Shown one piece after another: positions 26,942-36,115 of a stretch of 64,000 bases of DNA. The position numbers and the translations under genes were made by a program. The DNA is from Verrucomicrobiaceae bacterium (GTDB lineage: Bacteria; Verrucomicrobiota; Verrucomicrobiia; Verrucomicrobiales; V1-33): assembly GCA_027483175.1 (NCBI GenBank), contig JAIXVE010000229.1, forward strand, positions 225 through 64,224, read 5' to 3'. Each line of letters opens with the position of its first letter. Position 1 is the first letter of the stretch. The notes below the pieces were generated by a model. It was not told where the DNA came from. It did no database searches and saw only the letters and a list, made by a program, of their open reading frames with translations.

Positions 26942-27979
26942 TCAGGGGCGGGACGCGGCTTCTGCGTTGGCTGGGGAGGGGCGGCAGAATTCGATGCGTT
27001 CTTCGATGTTAGCGCTGACGGCGTGCTGGATGTTTTCGGTGGCGACGCGGAGGGCGTTTTTCATGGCGAGTGGGCTTGAGGAGCCGTGGGCGATGATGCA
27101 GACGCCGTTGACGCCGAGGAGGGGACTGCCGCCGTAGTTTTCGTAGTTCATTTTGTGGAGGGCGGACTTCATGGCTGGCTTGAGGAGGCCGGCGAGGATT
27201 TTGCGGGGGAGGGAAGCGGTGAAGGCTTCTTTGAGGAGGTGCATCATGGCGCGGGCGATGCCTTCGGAGCCTTTGAGGAGGATGTTGCCGACGAAGCCGT
27301 CGCAGACGGCGACGTGGACGTCGGCGTTGGCGAGGTCGCGGCCTTCGATGTTGCCGCGGAAGTTGAGGCCGGGGGCATTGCGGAGCATGTCGAAGACCTC
27401 GCGGGTGACTTCGGTGCCTTTGCCTTCTTCCTCGCCGTTGCTCATGAGACCGATGACTGGGTCTTTGATGCCGAAGAGGTGCTTCATGTAGACGCTGCCC
27501 ATGACGGCCTGCTGGAAGAGGTGGATGGGGCGGCTGTCGACGCTGGCACCGGCGTCGATGAGGAGGCAGGTGCCGTGGAGGTTAGGGAAGGGAGTGCCGA
27601 TGGCGGCGCGTTCGATGCCGCGGAGGGTGCGGAGTTTGACGGTGGCGGCGGCGACGGCTGCGCCGGTGTGGCCAGCGCTGACGACGGCCTGGGCGCGGCC
27701 TTGTTTGACGAGATCGGTGGCGACGGAGATGGAGCTGTTCTTCTTCTGACGGATGGCTTTGACGGCGCTGTCGTGCATGTCGACGACCTCGGTGGTGTGG
27801 ACGATTTCGATGCGCGGGTCGTGGAAGCCGAGTGCCTGCATTTCTGATTTGATGCGGGATTCGTCGCCGACGAGGAAGAGCGTGTCGATGCGCGGGAGTT
27901 CGGCCATGGCGAGCTGAGCCCCGGCGATCATGTTGCGCGGGGCGTGGTCGCCACCCATGGCGTCGAGAGCGATTCGCAT
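26942..27979 (-). CDS. plsX: Phosphate acyltransferase
   Basis: MRIALDAMGGDHAP, VSAGHTGA, CDGFVGNILLK, YGGSPLLGVNG...HGSS. Confidence 0.97.
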   Translation of the reverse strand: MRIALDAMGGDHAPRNMIAGAQLAMAELPRIDTLFLVGDESRIKSEMQALGFHDPRIEIVHTTEVVDMHDSAVKAIRQKKNSSISVATDLVKQGRAQAVVSAGHTGAAVAAATVKLRTLRGIERAAIGTPFPNLHGTCLLIDAGASVDSRPIHLFQQAVMGSVYMKHLFGIKDPVIGLMSNGEEEGKGTEVTREVFDMLRNAPGLNFRGNIEGRDLANADVHVAVCDGFVGNILLKGSEGIARAMMHLLKEAFTASLPRKILAGLLKPAMKSALHKMNYENYGGSPLLGVNGVCIIAHGSSSPLAMKNALRVATENIQHAVSANIEERIEFCRPSPANAEAASRP

Positions 27980-28069
27980 GGTAAGAAGGGAAGGTTAGGG
28001 GGTGGGATTACAGGGAGGGGGAGCGGAGAGGGGGCGGTAGCCGCGGGTGGGGTGGAGGCAAGCGGGAGA

Positions 28070-29047
28070 TCAGCCGAAGGCTTTGAGGAAGGCGACCTCG
28101 AGGGCGAGCGGTTCGCGGACGGTGGTGGCGAGATTGCGGCGGAGTTCGTCGACGGCGCGGAGACGCTTGTGGAGGTCTGCGGCGGGGAAGCGGGCGGCGA
28201 TTTCCTGCATGGAGGCGGAGAAGCCCGGGAGGTCGACGGCGGGGAGGCCCTCGCGACGGCGGAGGAGTTCACCGAACCATGTGTAGAGAATGGTGAGGAA
28301 GGAATTCCGCTGTTCCTGGTAGGAGGATTCGGTGAGGTTGTCGTAGTAGTCCTCGCGGTCGCGGAGCCAGATGCCGTCGGTGGTTTTGCCGTAGGTATCG
28401 ATTTCTTCGCGGAGGGCGTCCTTGTGGCGCTGTTCGATTTCCGAGCGGACCTCGGAGAGGATGGCCTGGAAGTCGGAGAGGAGGCCCATGGCGCGGAGCC
28501 CGTCGGGTTTTTCCTGGGCGGAGAAGTAGGCGGCCATGAGTTGGACCCATGAGGTGCCTGATTCGGAGAGATCGAGGCCTGAGTGGCCTGGGCGGAAGAG
28601 GGGGACGCGGACGCAGCGTGAGCGGATGGTGTCGAGGAGCTGGTCCGGGGCGCGGGTGAGGAGGAGGATGAGCGTGCCGTCCGGGGGTTCCTCGAGGGTT
28701 TTGAGGAAGGCGTTAGCGGCTTCGGCCATCATGCGGTCGGCGTCGGAGACGACGCAGAGTTTCATGTTGCCGCTGGAGGTGAGCTGGAGACGGCGTTCGG
28801 CGTCGCGCATCTGGTCGACCTTGATGCGGCGGAGTTTGGATTCCGGTTCGATGACGATGGCTCCGTGCTGGCGGAGACTGTCGAGGTCGGAGAGGTTGGG
28901 CCAGTCGTTGACGAGCGCGGCGATGGAGACGGCGAGGTGGCGGAGGTCGTCCGGGTGGGAGCCTGAGATGAGGAAGGCGTGGGCGAGCCTTCCCTGGTGC
29001 CATGCGCGGGAGATGAGGGAGAGGGCGTGGTCCGGGGCGAAGGCCAT
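28070..29047 (-). CDS. holB: DNA polymerase III subunit delta'
   Basis: RLAHAFLISG, IKVDQMR, AANAFLKTLEEPP, TIRSRC. Confidence 0.9.
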   Translation of the reverse strand: MAFAPDHALSLISRAWHQGRLAHAFLISGSHPDDLRHLAVSIAALVNDWPNLSDLDSLRQHGAIVIEPESKLRRIKVDQMRDAERRLQLTSSGNMKLCVVSDADRMMAEAANAFLKTLEEPPDGTLILLLTRAPDQLLDTIRSRCVRVPLFRPGHSGLDLSESGTSWVQLMAAYFSAQEKPDGLRAMGLLSDFQAILSEVRSEIEQRHKDALREEIDTYGKTTDGIWLRDREDYYDNLTESSYQEQRNSFLTILYTWFGELLRRREGLPAVDLPGFSASMQEIAARFPAADLHKRLRAVDELRRNLATTVREPLALEVAFLKAFG

Positions 29048-29064
29048 GGGAGGTTAGGGGGCCG

Positions 29065-29856
29065 TCAGAAGATGGAGAGGGCGGCCTTGGCGGTGAGGCC
29101 ACCGTGGACGATGGCGTGGAGGCGTTTGAGCATGAGAGGCGGGTTGGGGTGCTGCCAGACATTGCGGCCGATGGCGATGCCAGCGCCGCCGGCGGCGATG
29201 GAGTCGGCGACCATGGCGAGGATGGAGGCTTCGTCGGAGGCTGCGCCGCCGAGGACGATGACCGGGACGAAGGAGGCGTCGACGATGCGGCGGAAGGCGT
29301 CGATATTGCCTGGCCACGCGGTTTTGACGACATCGGCTCCGAGTTCAGCGGCGGCGCGGACGGCGAAGCTGATGTTTTCGGGTGTGTAGTCGGCGGAGCG
29401 TCCGAGGCCGAAGGGGAGGGCTTCGGTGATGACGGGGAGATTGGCGTGGTGGCATTCGCTGATGAGGCGAGCGGATTCGCGGAACTGGCGGGCTTCGTCC
29501 GGGTGCTGGGGGTAGAGCATGTGCATGACCCCGTGAGCGCCGGTGCGGATGGCGTCGGCTGCGCCGAAGGTCATGTAGGCGCCGTGGTCCGGGTGGCCTG
29601 GGCGTGCGGGTTTATAGACATCGGTGCGGAGACAGACCCCGCGGTCGGCGAGGGCGTCGCGGCAGGCGAGGGCGGTGCCGTAGTTGACGACGAAGGCGTC
29701 GGCGAAGGGCTTGAGGGATTCGATGAGGTCGGCCGGGTGTTCGAGTCCGGGGACGGGGATGGCGGTGCCGTGGTCGATGGGGACGATGACGGTTCGGCCG
29801 CCGGAGCGGAGGAACGGGAGGAGACGAGCGGGAGTGGTGCCGGTGGGATCAGCCAT
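29065..29856 (-). CDS. Class I aldolase, DhnA/LsrF family
   Basis: VPIDHG, AAELGADVVKT (Schiff-base Lys), PVIVLGG, GRNVWQH. Confidence 0.9.
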   Translation of the reverse strand: MADPTGTTPARLLPFLRSGGRTVIVPIDHGTAIPVPGLEHPADLIESLKPFADAFVVNYGTALACRDALADRGVCLRTDVYKPARPGHPDHGAYMTFGAADAIRTGAHGVMHMLYPQHPDEARQFRESARLISECHHANLPVITEALPFGLGRSADYTPENISFAVRAAAELGADVVKTAWPGNIDAFRRIVDASFVPVIVLGGAASDEASILAMVADSIAAGGAGIAIGRNVWQHPNPPLMLKRLHAIVHGGLTAKAALSIF

Positions 29857-29926
29857 GGGTATTCATGACGCTGACCGGAGGTTCCTGCCAGTGGAAAACG
29901 GGGGGCGTGGGTGGGTTGGGCTCTGA

Positions 29927-31102
29927 TCAGGAGAGCCGGTCGCGGAAGTCCTCGTAGGAGAAGCTGCGGACGGTGGTGAGTTCGTCTTTGTCCGGGTCCC
30001 AGAGGCAGAGGGCTGGGTGCTTGACGCCATTGAACATGGAGGTTTTGACCATGGTGTAGTGGGCCATGTCTTCGAAGACGAGCCGGTCGCCGGGCTGGAG
30101 CGGGTGAGGGAAGGAGTAATCGCCGATGACGTCACCGGCGAGGCAGGTGCCGCCGCCGAGGCGGTAGTGGTGCGGGAAGGTGCCCTGGGGGCCAGCGCCG
30201 CGGATGTCCGGGGTGTAGGGCATTTCGAGGCAATCGGGCATGTGGCAAGTGACACTGACGTCGAGGATGCCGAGGTTCATGGCATTGTGGACGGTGTCGA
30301 CGACGCGGCTGACGAGGATGCCGGTGCCGATGGCGATGGCTTCGCCGGGTTCGAGGTAGACCGTGAGGTTGTAGCGTTCGCGGATGCGTTTGACGAGACG
30401 GACGAGGAGGTCGGTGTCGTAGCCGGCTTTGGTGATGTGGTGGCCGCCGCCCATGTTGAGCCATTTGACCTTGTGGAGGAGGTGGCCGAATTTGGATTCG
30501 ACGGCGTCGAGGGTGGTGGCGAGGGCGTCGGCGTTCTGTTCGCAGAGCGTGTGGAAGTGGAGCCCGTCGAGGGCGGAGAGGTCCTCGCCCTTGAGTTCTG
30601 ATAGGGGGATGCCGAGGCGGGAGCCGGGGACGCAGGGATCGTAGATGGCGTGATCGCCGGTGGAGACCTGAGGATTGATGCGGAGGGCGGTTTCGATGTG
30701 GCGGCCGCTGCGGCGGATGAATTCAAGGCCGCGGCGCCACTGGCGGACGGAATTGAAGGAGAGGTGGTCGGCGAAGGGGATGACTTCGGCGAGGTCTTCG
30801 TCGGTGAAGGCTGGGCTGTAGACGTGGATTTCCTTACCGAATTTTTCGCGGGCGAGCATGGCTTCCCACGGGCCGCTGGAGCAGGTACCGTCGAGGTACT
30901 GGCGGATGAGCGGGTAGGTGGCCCACATGCTGAAGCCCTTTTGGGCGAGGAGGATGCGGCAACCGGCGGCGGTTTTGACGGCGGCGAGGTGTTCGAGGTT
31001 CCTGCGGAGCCTGCTGAGGTCGACGACGAAGGCTGGAGCGGGGACGCGAGAGAGGTCCAGGGAGGAACAGACCTCGTGGACTGGGCCGGCGACGGTGGAC
31101 AT
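29927..31102 (-). CDS. nspC: Carboxynorspermidine decarboxylase
   Basis: LLAQKGFS, SRLGI, HFHTLCEQ, NMGGGHHIT, YLEPGEA, CLAGD, YTMVKTSMFNG. Confidence 0.95.
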   Translation of the reverse strand: MSTVAGPVHEVCSSLDLSRVPAPAFVVDLSRLRRNLEHLAAVKTAAGCRILLAQKGFSMWATYPLIRQYLDGTCSSGPWEAMLAREKFGKEIHVYSPAFTDEDLAEVIPFADHLSFNSVRQWRRGLEFIRRSGRHIETALRINPQVSTGDHAIYDPCVPGSRLGIPLSELKGEDLSALDGLHFHTLCEQNADALATTLDAVESKFGHLLHKVKWLNMGGGHHITKAGYDTDLLVRLVKRIRERYNLTVYLEPGEAIAIGTGILVSRVVDTVHNAMNLGILDVSVTCHMPDCLEMPYTPDIRGAGPQGTFPHHYRLGGGTCLAGDVIGDYSFPHPLQPGDRLVFEDMAHYTMVKTSMFNGVKHPALCLWDPDKDELTTVRSFSYEDFRDRLS

Positions 31103-31103
31103 G

Positions 31104-32321
31104 TCAGGCGTCGATGTGGGCGAGCGGGTTTTCGGTGAGGACTTGCTCGTGCCATGGGAGCCCGTAGCGGTTCATGTCGGCCATGAACGGATCCGGGTCG
31201 CATTGTTCCATGTTCCAGACGCCGGGGCGTTGCCATTTGCCTTCGAGGACCATTTTGGCACCGATCATGGCGGGGACGCCGGTGGTGTAGCTAACGCCCT
31301 GGGCTCCGGTTTCGCGGAAGCATTCCTCGTGATCGCAGACGTTCCAGATGAAGTAGTGCTTGGTTTTGCCGTCTTTGGTGCCGGTGATGACGTCGCCGAT
31401 ACAGGTTTTGCCTTTGGTGAGTGCGCCGAGGGAGCCGGGGTCGGGGAGGACGGCCTTGAGGAATTCTAGGGGGACGATTTCGCCGCCTTTAAAGGGGATG
31501 GGTTTGATGCTGGTCATCCCGACGTTTTCGAGGACCCGGAGGTGGGTGAGGTAGGAGTCGGAGAACGTCATCCAGAAGCGCATCTGGCGAGCGGAGGGGA
31601 AGTGTTTGGAGAGACTTTCGAGTTCCTCGTGGTAGAGGAGGTACATTTTTTTCGGGCCGACTTGGGGGAAGTCGAAGGTGGTGCCGACGGAGATGGGGTC
31701 GGTTTCCTGCCATGCGCCGTCTTTCCAGAAGCGGCCGCGGGCGGTGATTTCGCGGATATTGATTTCCGGGTTGAAGTTAGTGGCGAAGGGTAGGCCGTTG
31801 GAGCCGGCGTTGCAGTCGACGATGTCGAGGGAGAGGATCTCGTCGAAATGGTGTTTGGCGGCGTGGGCGCAGAAGACGTTGGTAGCGCCTGGGTCGAAGC
31901 CGCTGCCGAGGAGGGCGGTGAGGCCGGCTTTCTGGAATTTTTCCTGGTAGGCCCACTGCCATTTGTATTCGAACTTGGCGGTGTCGAGGGGTTCGTAGTT
32001 GGCGGTGTCGACGTAGTGGGCACCGGCTTCGAGGCAGGCGTCCATGATGGAGAGGTCCTGGTAGGGGAGGGCGACATTGATGACGATGTCAGCGCCGAAC
32101 GAGCGGATGAGGCTGGCGGTGGCGGCGACGTCATCGGCGTCGACGGCGGCGGTTTTGATGGTGACGCCTTTTTTTTCCCTGATGTCAGCGGCGATGGCGT
32201 CGCATTTGGAGACGGTGCGGCTGGCGAGGAGGATGTCGCCGAAGACCTCGTGGAGTTGGGCGCATTTGTGAGCCACGACGCGTCCGACGCCGCCGGCGCC
32301 GATGATCAGGGTTTTCTTCAT
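31104..32321 (-). CDS. Carboxynorspermidine dehydrogenase (saccharopine dehydrogenase family)
   Basis: IIGAGGVG, NVALPYQD, DTANYEP, GFDPG, TNFNPEINIRE; directly upstream of nspC. Confidence 0.93.
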   Translation of the reverse strand: MKKTLIIGAGGVGRVVAHKCAQLHEVFGDILLASRTVSKCDAIAADIREKKGVTIKTAAVDADDVAATASLIRSFGADIVINVALPYQDLSIMDACLEAGAHYVDTANYEPLDTAKFEYKWQWAYQEKFQKAGLTALLGSGFDPGATNVFCAHAAKHHFDEILSLDIVDCNAGSNGLPFATNFNPEINIREITARGRFWKDGAWQETDPISVGTTFDFPQVGPKKMYLLYHEELESLSKHFPSARQMRFWMTFSDSYLTHLRVLENVGMTSIKPIPFKGGEIVPLEFLKAVLPDPGSLGALTKGKTCIGDVITGTKDGKTKHYFIWNVCDHEECFRETGAQGVSYTTGVPAMIGAKMVLEGKWQRPGVWNMEQCDPDPFMADMNRYGLPWHEQVLTENPLAHIDA

Positions 32322-32428
32322 GGGGGGACGGTTGCAGACGGGCACCCGGGGTCAATGGAAATTCCGGATTGGGGGAGGAGGGGAGAAGGTGGATATTACG
32401 GAGGCATGAGATTTCCGGGAAAGTTTAT

Positions 32429-32460
32429 TTGCAAAACTTCAGCATTTCTTGTAAATATTA
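32429..32460 (+). promoter_or_regulatory. Possible sigma70-type promoter for the OMP gene
   Basis: AT-rich patch with TTGCAA-N17-TAAATA; the -10 match is weak. Confidence 0.35.
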
Positions 32461-32568
32461 GACATCGGACGCTTTGGGGCGGGCTTTGCCATGGGCGGAG
32501 TCGGGCTTGGGGTGGCTGAACCGGCGGCCTGATGGCGCGGCTGGAAAAACCAAAACAAACGCAACACA

Positions 32569-33198
32569 ATGAACAAAATCAGCATCATTGCTCTCGGCGC
32601 GCTCGCCATCGGCAGCGCTTCACTGACTGCCGGCACGCCGGCTCCGGCTCCAGTGGCTCCTTCGGCCCCTGTGGCGGCGGTTCCTTCGGACCTGTCCTAC
32701 AACCTGCTTGAAGTGGGTTGGCTGCACACGGAGTTCGACACACCGGGTCTTGATTCTTCGGATGGCGTCGGCCTTTCGTTGAGCTACTCCCCGATCAACA
32801 ATTTCTATCTGACGGCTGGCGGGGCCTGGTCGTCGGTGGACACGGCTCGTGATTCGGCTGATCTCTGGACGGCGAACGTCGGGATTGGTGGATTCATTCC
32901 TGTGACGACGAACATCCATTTCGTGACGGAAGTTGGCGCGGCATTCTATGGCTTCGACAACAGCCCGATCGGTTCGGACAACGACGCGAGCCTGTATGTG
33001 CGCCCGCACTTCCGTGGTCGCTGGGGTCGTTTTGAAGCGCACGCTGGTGCGGCTTGGTCGAACATTGACGTGACGAACGAGTGGGCTGGTTTTGGCCGCC
33101 TTTACTACGGGATCACTGACAATGTTGATCTCGCTGGCGGTCTGAGCGCCGGCAAGGACGAGATCACGTTCAACGTGGGTCTGCGTTTGCGCTACTGA
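32569..33198 (+). CDS. Outer membrane beta-barrel protein
   Basis: Signal peptide, alternating amphipathic strands, terminal NVGLRLRY; C/T-ending codons suggest high expression. Confidence 0.85.
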   Translation: MNKISIIALGALAIGSASLTAGTPAPAPVAPSAPVAAVPSDLSYNLLEVGWLHTEFDTPGLDSSDGVGLSLSYSPINNFYLTAGGAWSSVDTARDSADLWTANVGIGGFIPVTTNIHFVTEVGAAFYGFDNSPIGSDNDASLYVRPHFRGRWGRFEAHAGAAWSNIDVTNEWAGFGRLYYGITDNVDLAGGLSAGKDEITFNVGLRLRY

Positions 33199-33236
33199 GG
33201 TGATTCCGGGGCGACCCGGAACCCAGATGATATTTG

Positions 33237-33270
33237 AGGGCCGGTGCCGCGAGGTGCCGGCCCTTTTTTT
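33237..33270 (+). terminator. Rho-independent terminator
   Basis: AGGGCCGGTGCC-GCGA-GGTGCCGGCCCT followed by a T run. Confidence 0.9.
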
Positions 33271-33310
33271 GTGAGGGTGTGAGGGTGAGGGCGTGGGAGC
33301 GGGAGGTTTG

Positions 33311-34909
33311 TCAGTGGTGGCGGATCTGCCAGATGATGAGGGCTGCGGTGGCGAAGAGGGCGATGGCTGGGAGGACGGCGGAGGCCATGGCGAGGCGGAA
33401 GCCGAACTGGCTGCCGACGGTGACCATGGTGAGGACGGCGATGAGGGAGACCCCGGTGATCCAGACGGCCTGGGGAGCGATGACGGAGGGGAGACGGTCG
33501 CCGAAGCGTCGGAGATTTTGAAAATAAAACCATGCGACGCCGAGGAAGGTGAACCATTGGATGGTGCCGCCTTCGGAGCCTGAGCCTGGGCTGAGGCCCC
33601 AGTCGTAGAGACCGTGGGCGATGATGGCTCCGATGAAGACGATGGCGAATTCGTGGAAGAAGGAGCGGGGCCAGCGGATGGCGAGGCCGAGGAAGCCGCC
33701 GCTGAGGCCGGTGAGGGCGATGTGGAGGAAGTTGGCGGTGATGAAGCGGGGGAGGGAGGCGGTGCCCATGCTTGCGGCCATGTAGTTGAGGTTTTCTTCG
33801 ACGGCGAAGCCGAGGCCGACGCAGGAGGCTGCGGCGAAGTACATGGCAGGGGTGGAGCCGCGGAGGAGAGGGAGGAGCGGGAGCAGGACGAGGAGTTTGG
33901 CTAGTTCCTCGCGGAGACCGACGCCGCTGACGTAGTAGACGAGGTCGTTGAAGGGAGTGCCGTTGAGATGGAGCGGGGAGAGGCGGTGCTGCGCCATGAC
34001 GAGCATGAGGACGGGGACGACGCTGAAGATGCCGAGGACGAGGGCGAGGCCGCAGAGCCACCAGCGTCGGCGGGGGATGCCGCAGAGCATGACGATGGTT
34101 AGGAACCAGACGGTGGCCATGGTGCCGGTGAGGAGGAGCCATGGGGTCTGGCGGGAGCCGGCGGCGACGTGGTTCCATGAGTGGCGGAAGAGACCGGGCC
34201 AGTCGCGTGCGGCGAGGATGACGGCGTCGGCTTCATCGGCTTCGGGGGCGTCGATGACGGACGGGGCCCAGCCTTGGGTTGTGTAACGGGTGGCGAGGGC
34301 GTCGAGCCATTGTCGAGCGGCGCAGAGTTCCATGGCGCGGCGGCGGCAGTAGTGGCCGATGGAGTCGTTGGCGGCGGCTCCGCGGTCGTAGCCAGCCAGG
34401 GCGGGTTTGTCTTCACCGGCCTGGCGGAGGATGTCGGCGGCCATGGCGTGGTGCAGACTGCCGGCGTCCTGCGGGGCGGAGACGGAGGCGAGGCATTGCT
34501 CTACGAGGGCGCGCGGTGGGCGGGGCCGATGAAAGGCTACCGGGTATTGGTTCAGCAGGGCGTTTTCCTCGGGTGTGAGGCCGGGGACGGCGAGGTCGGA
34601 TGGATCGTCGGTGGTGGGTGCGTCGAGGGGGTCGGGTGGCGAGTCATCGATGATTTCCTCTTCCGAGGGCAGGCCGGAGTGGGCGGTGGCGGCGTCGCGG
34701 AGGCGTTCGAGGAGGGCAGGGACGTCGTCGCGGGAGTCGGCGGCGTACATGGAGCGGAAGCGTGATGCGTTTGCGGCGATGGGATCTGAAGGGGCGACCA
34801 GCCATGTGAGGAGGACGCCGGTGCCGAGGATGGCGGCGGTCAGTTTCGCGAGGAATGCCGGCTGGCGGCTGAGGACGTGGAGCGAACGTTTGCTGGGGAA
34901 CAAGGCCAT
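33311..34909 (-). CDS. PrsW-family intramembrane metalloprotease with long N-terminal extracytoplasmic domain
   Basis: [32 protein letters not shown]. Confidence 0.88.
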   Translation of the reverse strand: MALFPSKRSLHVLSRQPAFLAKLTAAILGTGVLLTWLVAPSDPIAANASRFRSMYAADSRDDVPALLERLRDAATAHSGLPSEEEIIDDSPPDPLDAPTTDDPSDLAVPGLTPEENALLNQYPVAFHRPRPPRALVEQCLASVSAPQDAGSLHHAMAADILRQAGEDKPALAGYDRGAAANDSIGHYCRRRAMELCAARQWLDALATRYTTQGWAPSVIDAPEADEADAVILAARDWPGLFRHSWNHVAAGSRQTPWLLLTGTMATVWFLTIVMLCGIPRRRWWLCGLALVLGIFSVVPVLMLVMAQHRLSPLHLNGTPFNDLVYYVSGVGLREELAKLLVLLPLLPLLRGSTPAMYFAAASCVGLGFAVEENLNYMAASMGTASLPRFITANFLHIALTGLSGGFLGLAIRWPRSFFHEFAIVFIGAIIAHGLYDWGLSPGSGSEGGTIQWFTFLGVAWFYFQNLRRFGDRLPSVIAPQAVWITGVSLIAVLTMVTVGSQFGFRLAMASAVLPAIALFATAALIIWQIRHH

Positions 34910-34950
34910 CGTAGGCACCGATGCCTTTGCTGGCGGGGGCTGCAATGGGT

Positions 34951-35097
34951 GAGAAGTGGGAAGTGGGAAGTGGGAAGTGGGAAGTGAGAAGTGAGAAGTG
35001 AGAAGTGAGAAGTGAGAAGTGAGAAGTGAGAAGTGAGAAGTGGGAAGTGGGAAGTGGGAAGGGTGGAGGGTGGAGGGTGGAGGGTGGAGGGTGGAGG
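34951..35097. repeat. Compound heptamer tandem array, 21 units
   Basis: GAGAAGT x1, GGGAAGT x4, GAGAAGT x8, GGGAAG(T/G) x3, GTGGAGG x5. Confidence 0.97.
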
Positions 35098-35194
35098 TAT
35101 GCGGGAAAACAAAAATAGCGGCAGGGGAAAGATTTTGGTAGACGGAATGTGCGCGGGGCGCAATTGTGGCGGCACTGCATTTGCAGCCAAACAT

Positions 35195-36079
35195 ATGAAA
35201 ACAACAGAATTGGATTCTAGTTCATCTGAAGGCCGGCTAGTCAGTCACGGGGACTGTTGTCGGCCGCTGGAGCGTCGGCGGTTCATGCGTCGAGCGGGGG
35301 CGGCGAGTCTAGCGATGCTGGCGATGCCTCTGGGGGCGGTGCCGACGAAGCAGGCGACGCAGACGCATTGTCCGCGGCATGGGAGTGGGCCGTGTCGGTA
35401 TGTCGAGCGGATCGATGTGGTCTTTGATTCGTGTGCTGTGGCGATGGATGTGCTGGACCCGCATGACAAGTATGAGCGCTGCGGGCGGATTTTTTATGGG
35501 ATGATGACGGTGACTGTGATCACGGTGAGCAGGAATCCGTTCCGGAGGACCCCGGATTTCAGGAACTATCCGGTGCAATCGGGCGGGTATCTCGATCTTG
35601 AGTCGAGGACTCAGATTCCGGACCCGTCCGCGGACCCGGAAGGCGACAGCAATTTCGAGACTGACGCGAACAAGGCGGGAAGCGACACGAGTTGTCCGGC
35701 CGGAGATTTCCAGACTTCGACGGCTCCGACGAGGGGAAGCCTGAAGACCGGGAACAGTTCCCATCGTTATAACGTGACCGACACGGGTGTCCACGAGATT
35801 GGTGAGCGGAAAGATATACAGATCCATATGCCCGGAATCTCGACCGGCTGTATCGCATTCAGGGATACGGAGAATGATCCGAATGTGCCCCCGGCGGACC
35901 GAGTCAAGGGGTGGGCGAAACTTCGTGAGTTTGAGGAGTTGATGGCCGAGACTAGGGCGTGTGCTAGTGGGAAAACCGTTGTGCCGACGACGGTGGAGTA
36001 CAAGGTGGCGGGTGATGACGAGGAAGTGGGGACCGACGATGACATCTGGCCTGTTGGAAATCTGGGTGTGCCGGATTGA
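35195..36079 (+). CDS. Tat-signal hypothetical protein with L,D-transpeptidase/Tlde1-like HxxGxSxGCI motif
   Basis: [23 protein letters not shown]; [18 protein letters not shown]. Confidence 0.6.
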   Translation: MKTTELDSSSSEGRLVSHGDCCRPLERRRFMRRAGAASLAMLAMPLGAVPTKQATQTHCPRHGSGPCRYVERIDVVFDSCAVAMDVLDPHDKYERCGRIFYGMMTVTVITVSRNPFRRTPDFRNYPVQSGGYLDLESRTQIPDPSADPEGDSNFETDANKAGSDTSCPAGDFQTSTAPTRGSLKTGNSSHRYNVTDTGVHEIGERKDIQIHMPGISTGCIAFRDTENDPNVPPADRVKGWAKLREFEELMAETRACASGKTVVPTTVEYKVAGDDEEVGTDDDIWPVGNLGVPD

Positions 36080-36115
36080 CGGAGCATTCGGGATTGTTAT
36101 AAGGTTGATGCCGCT

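Noticed and set aside
35033-35204. ORF extensions through the heptamer array (SHFSLLT repeats; upstream starts for prsW and the 35195 gene)
   Set aside because: Stop-free translation of a simple repeat; better starts exist at 34909 and 35195.
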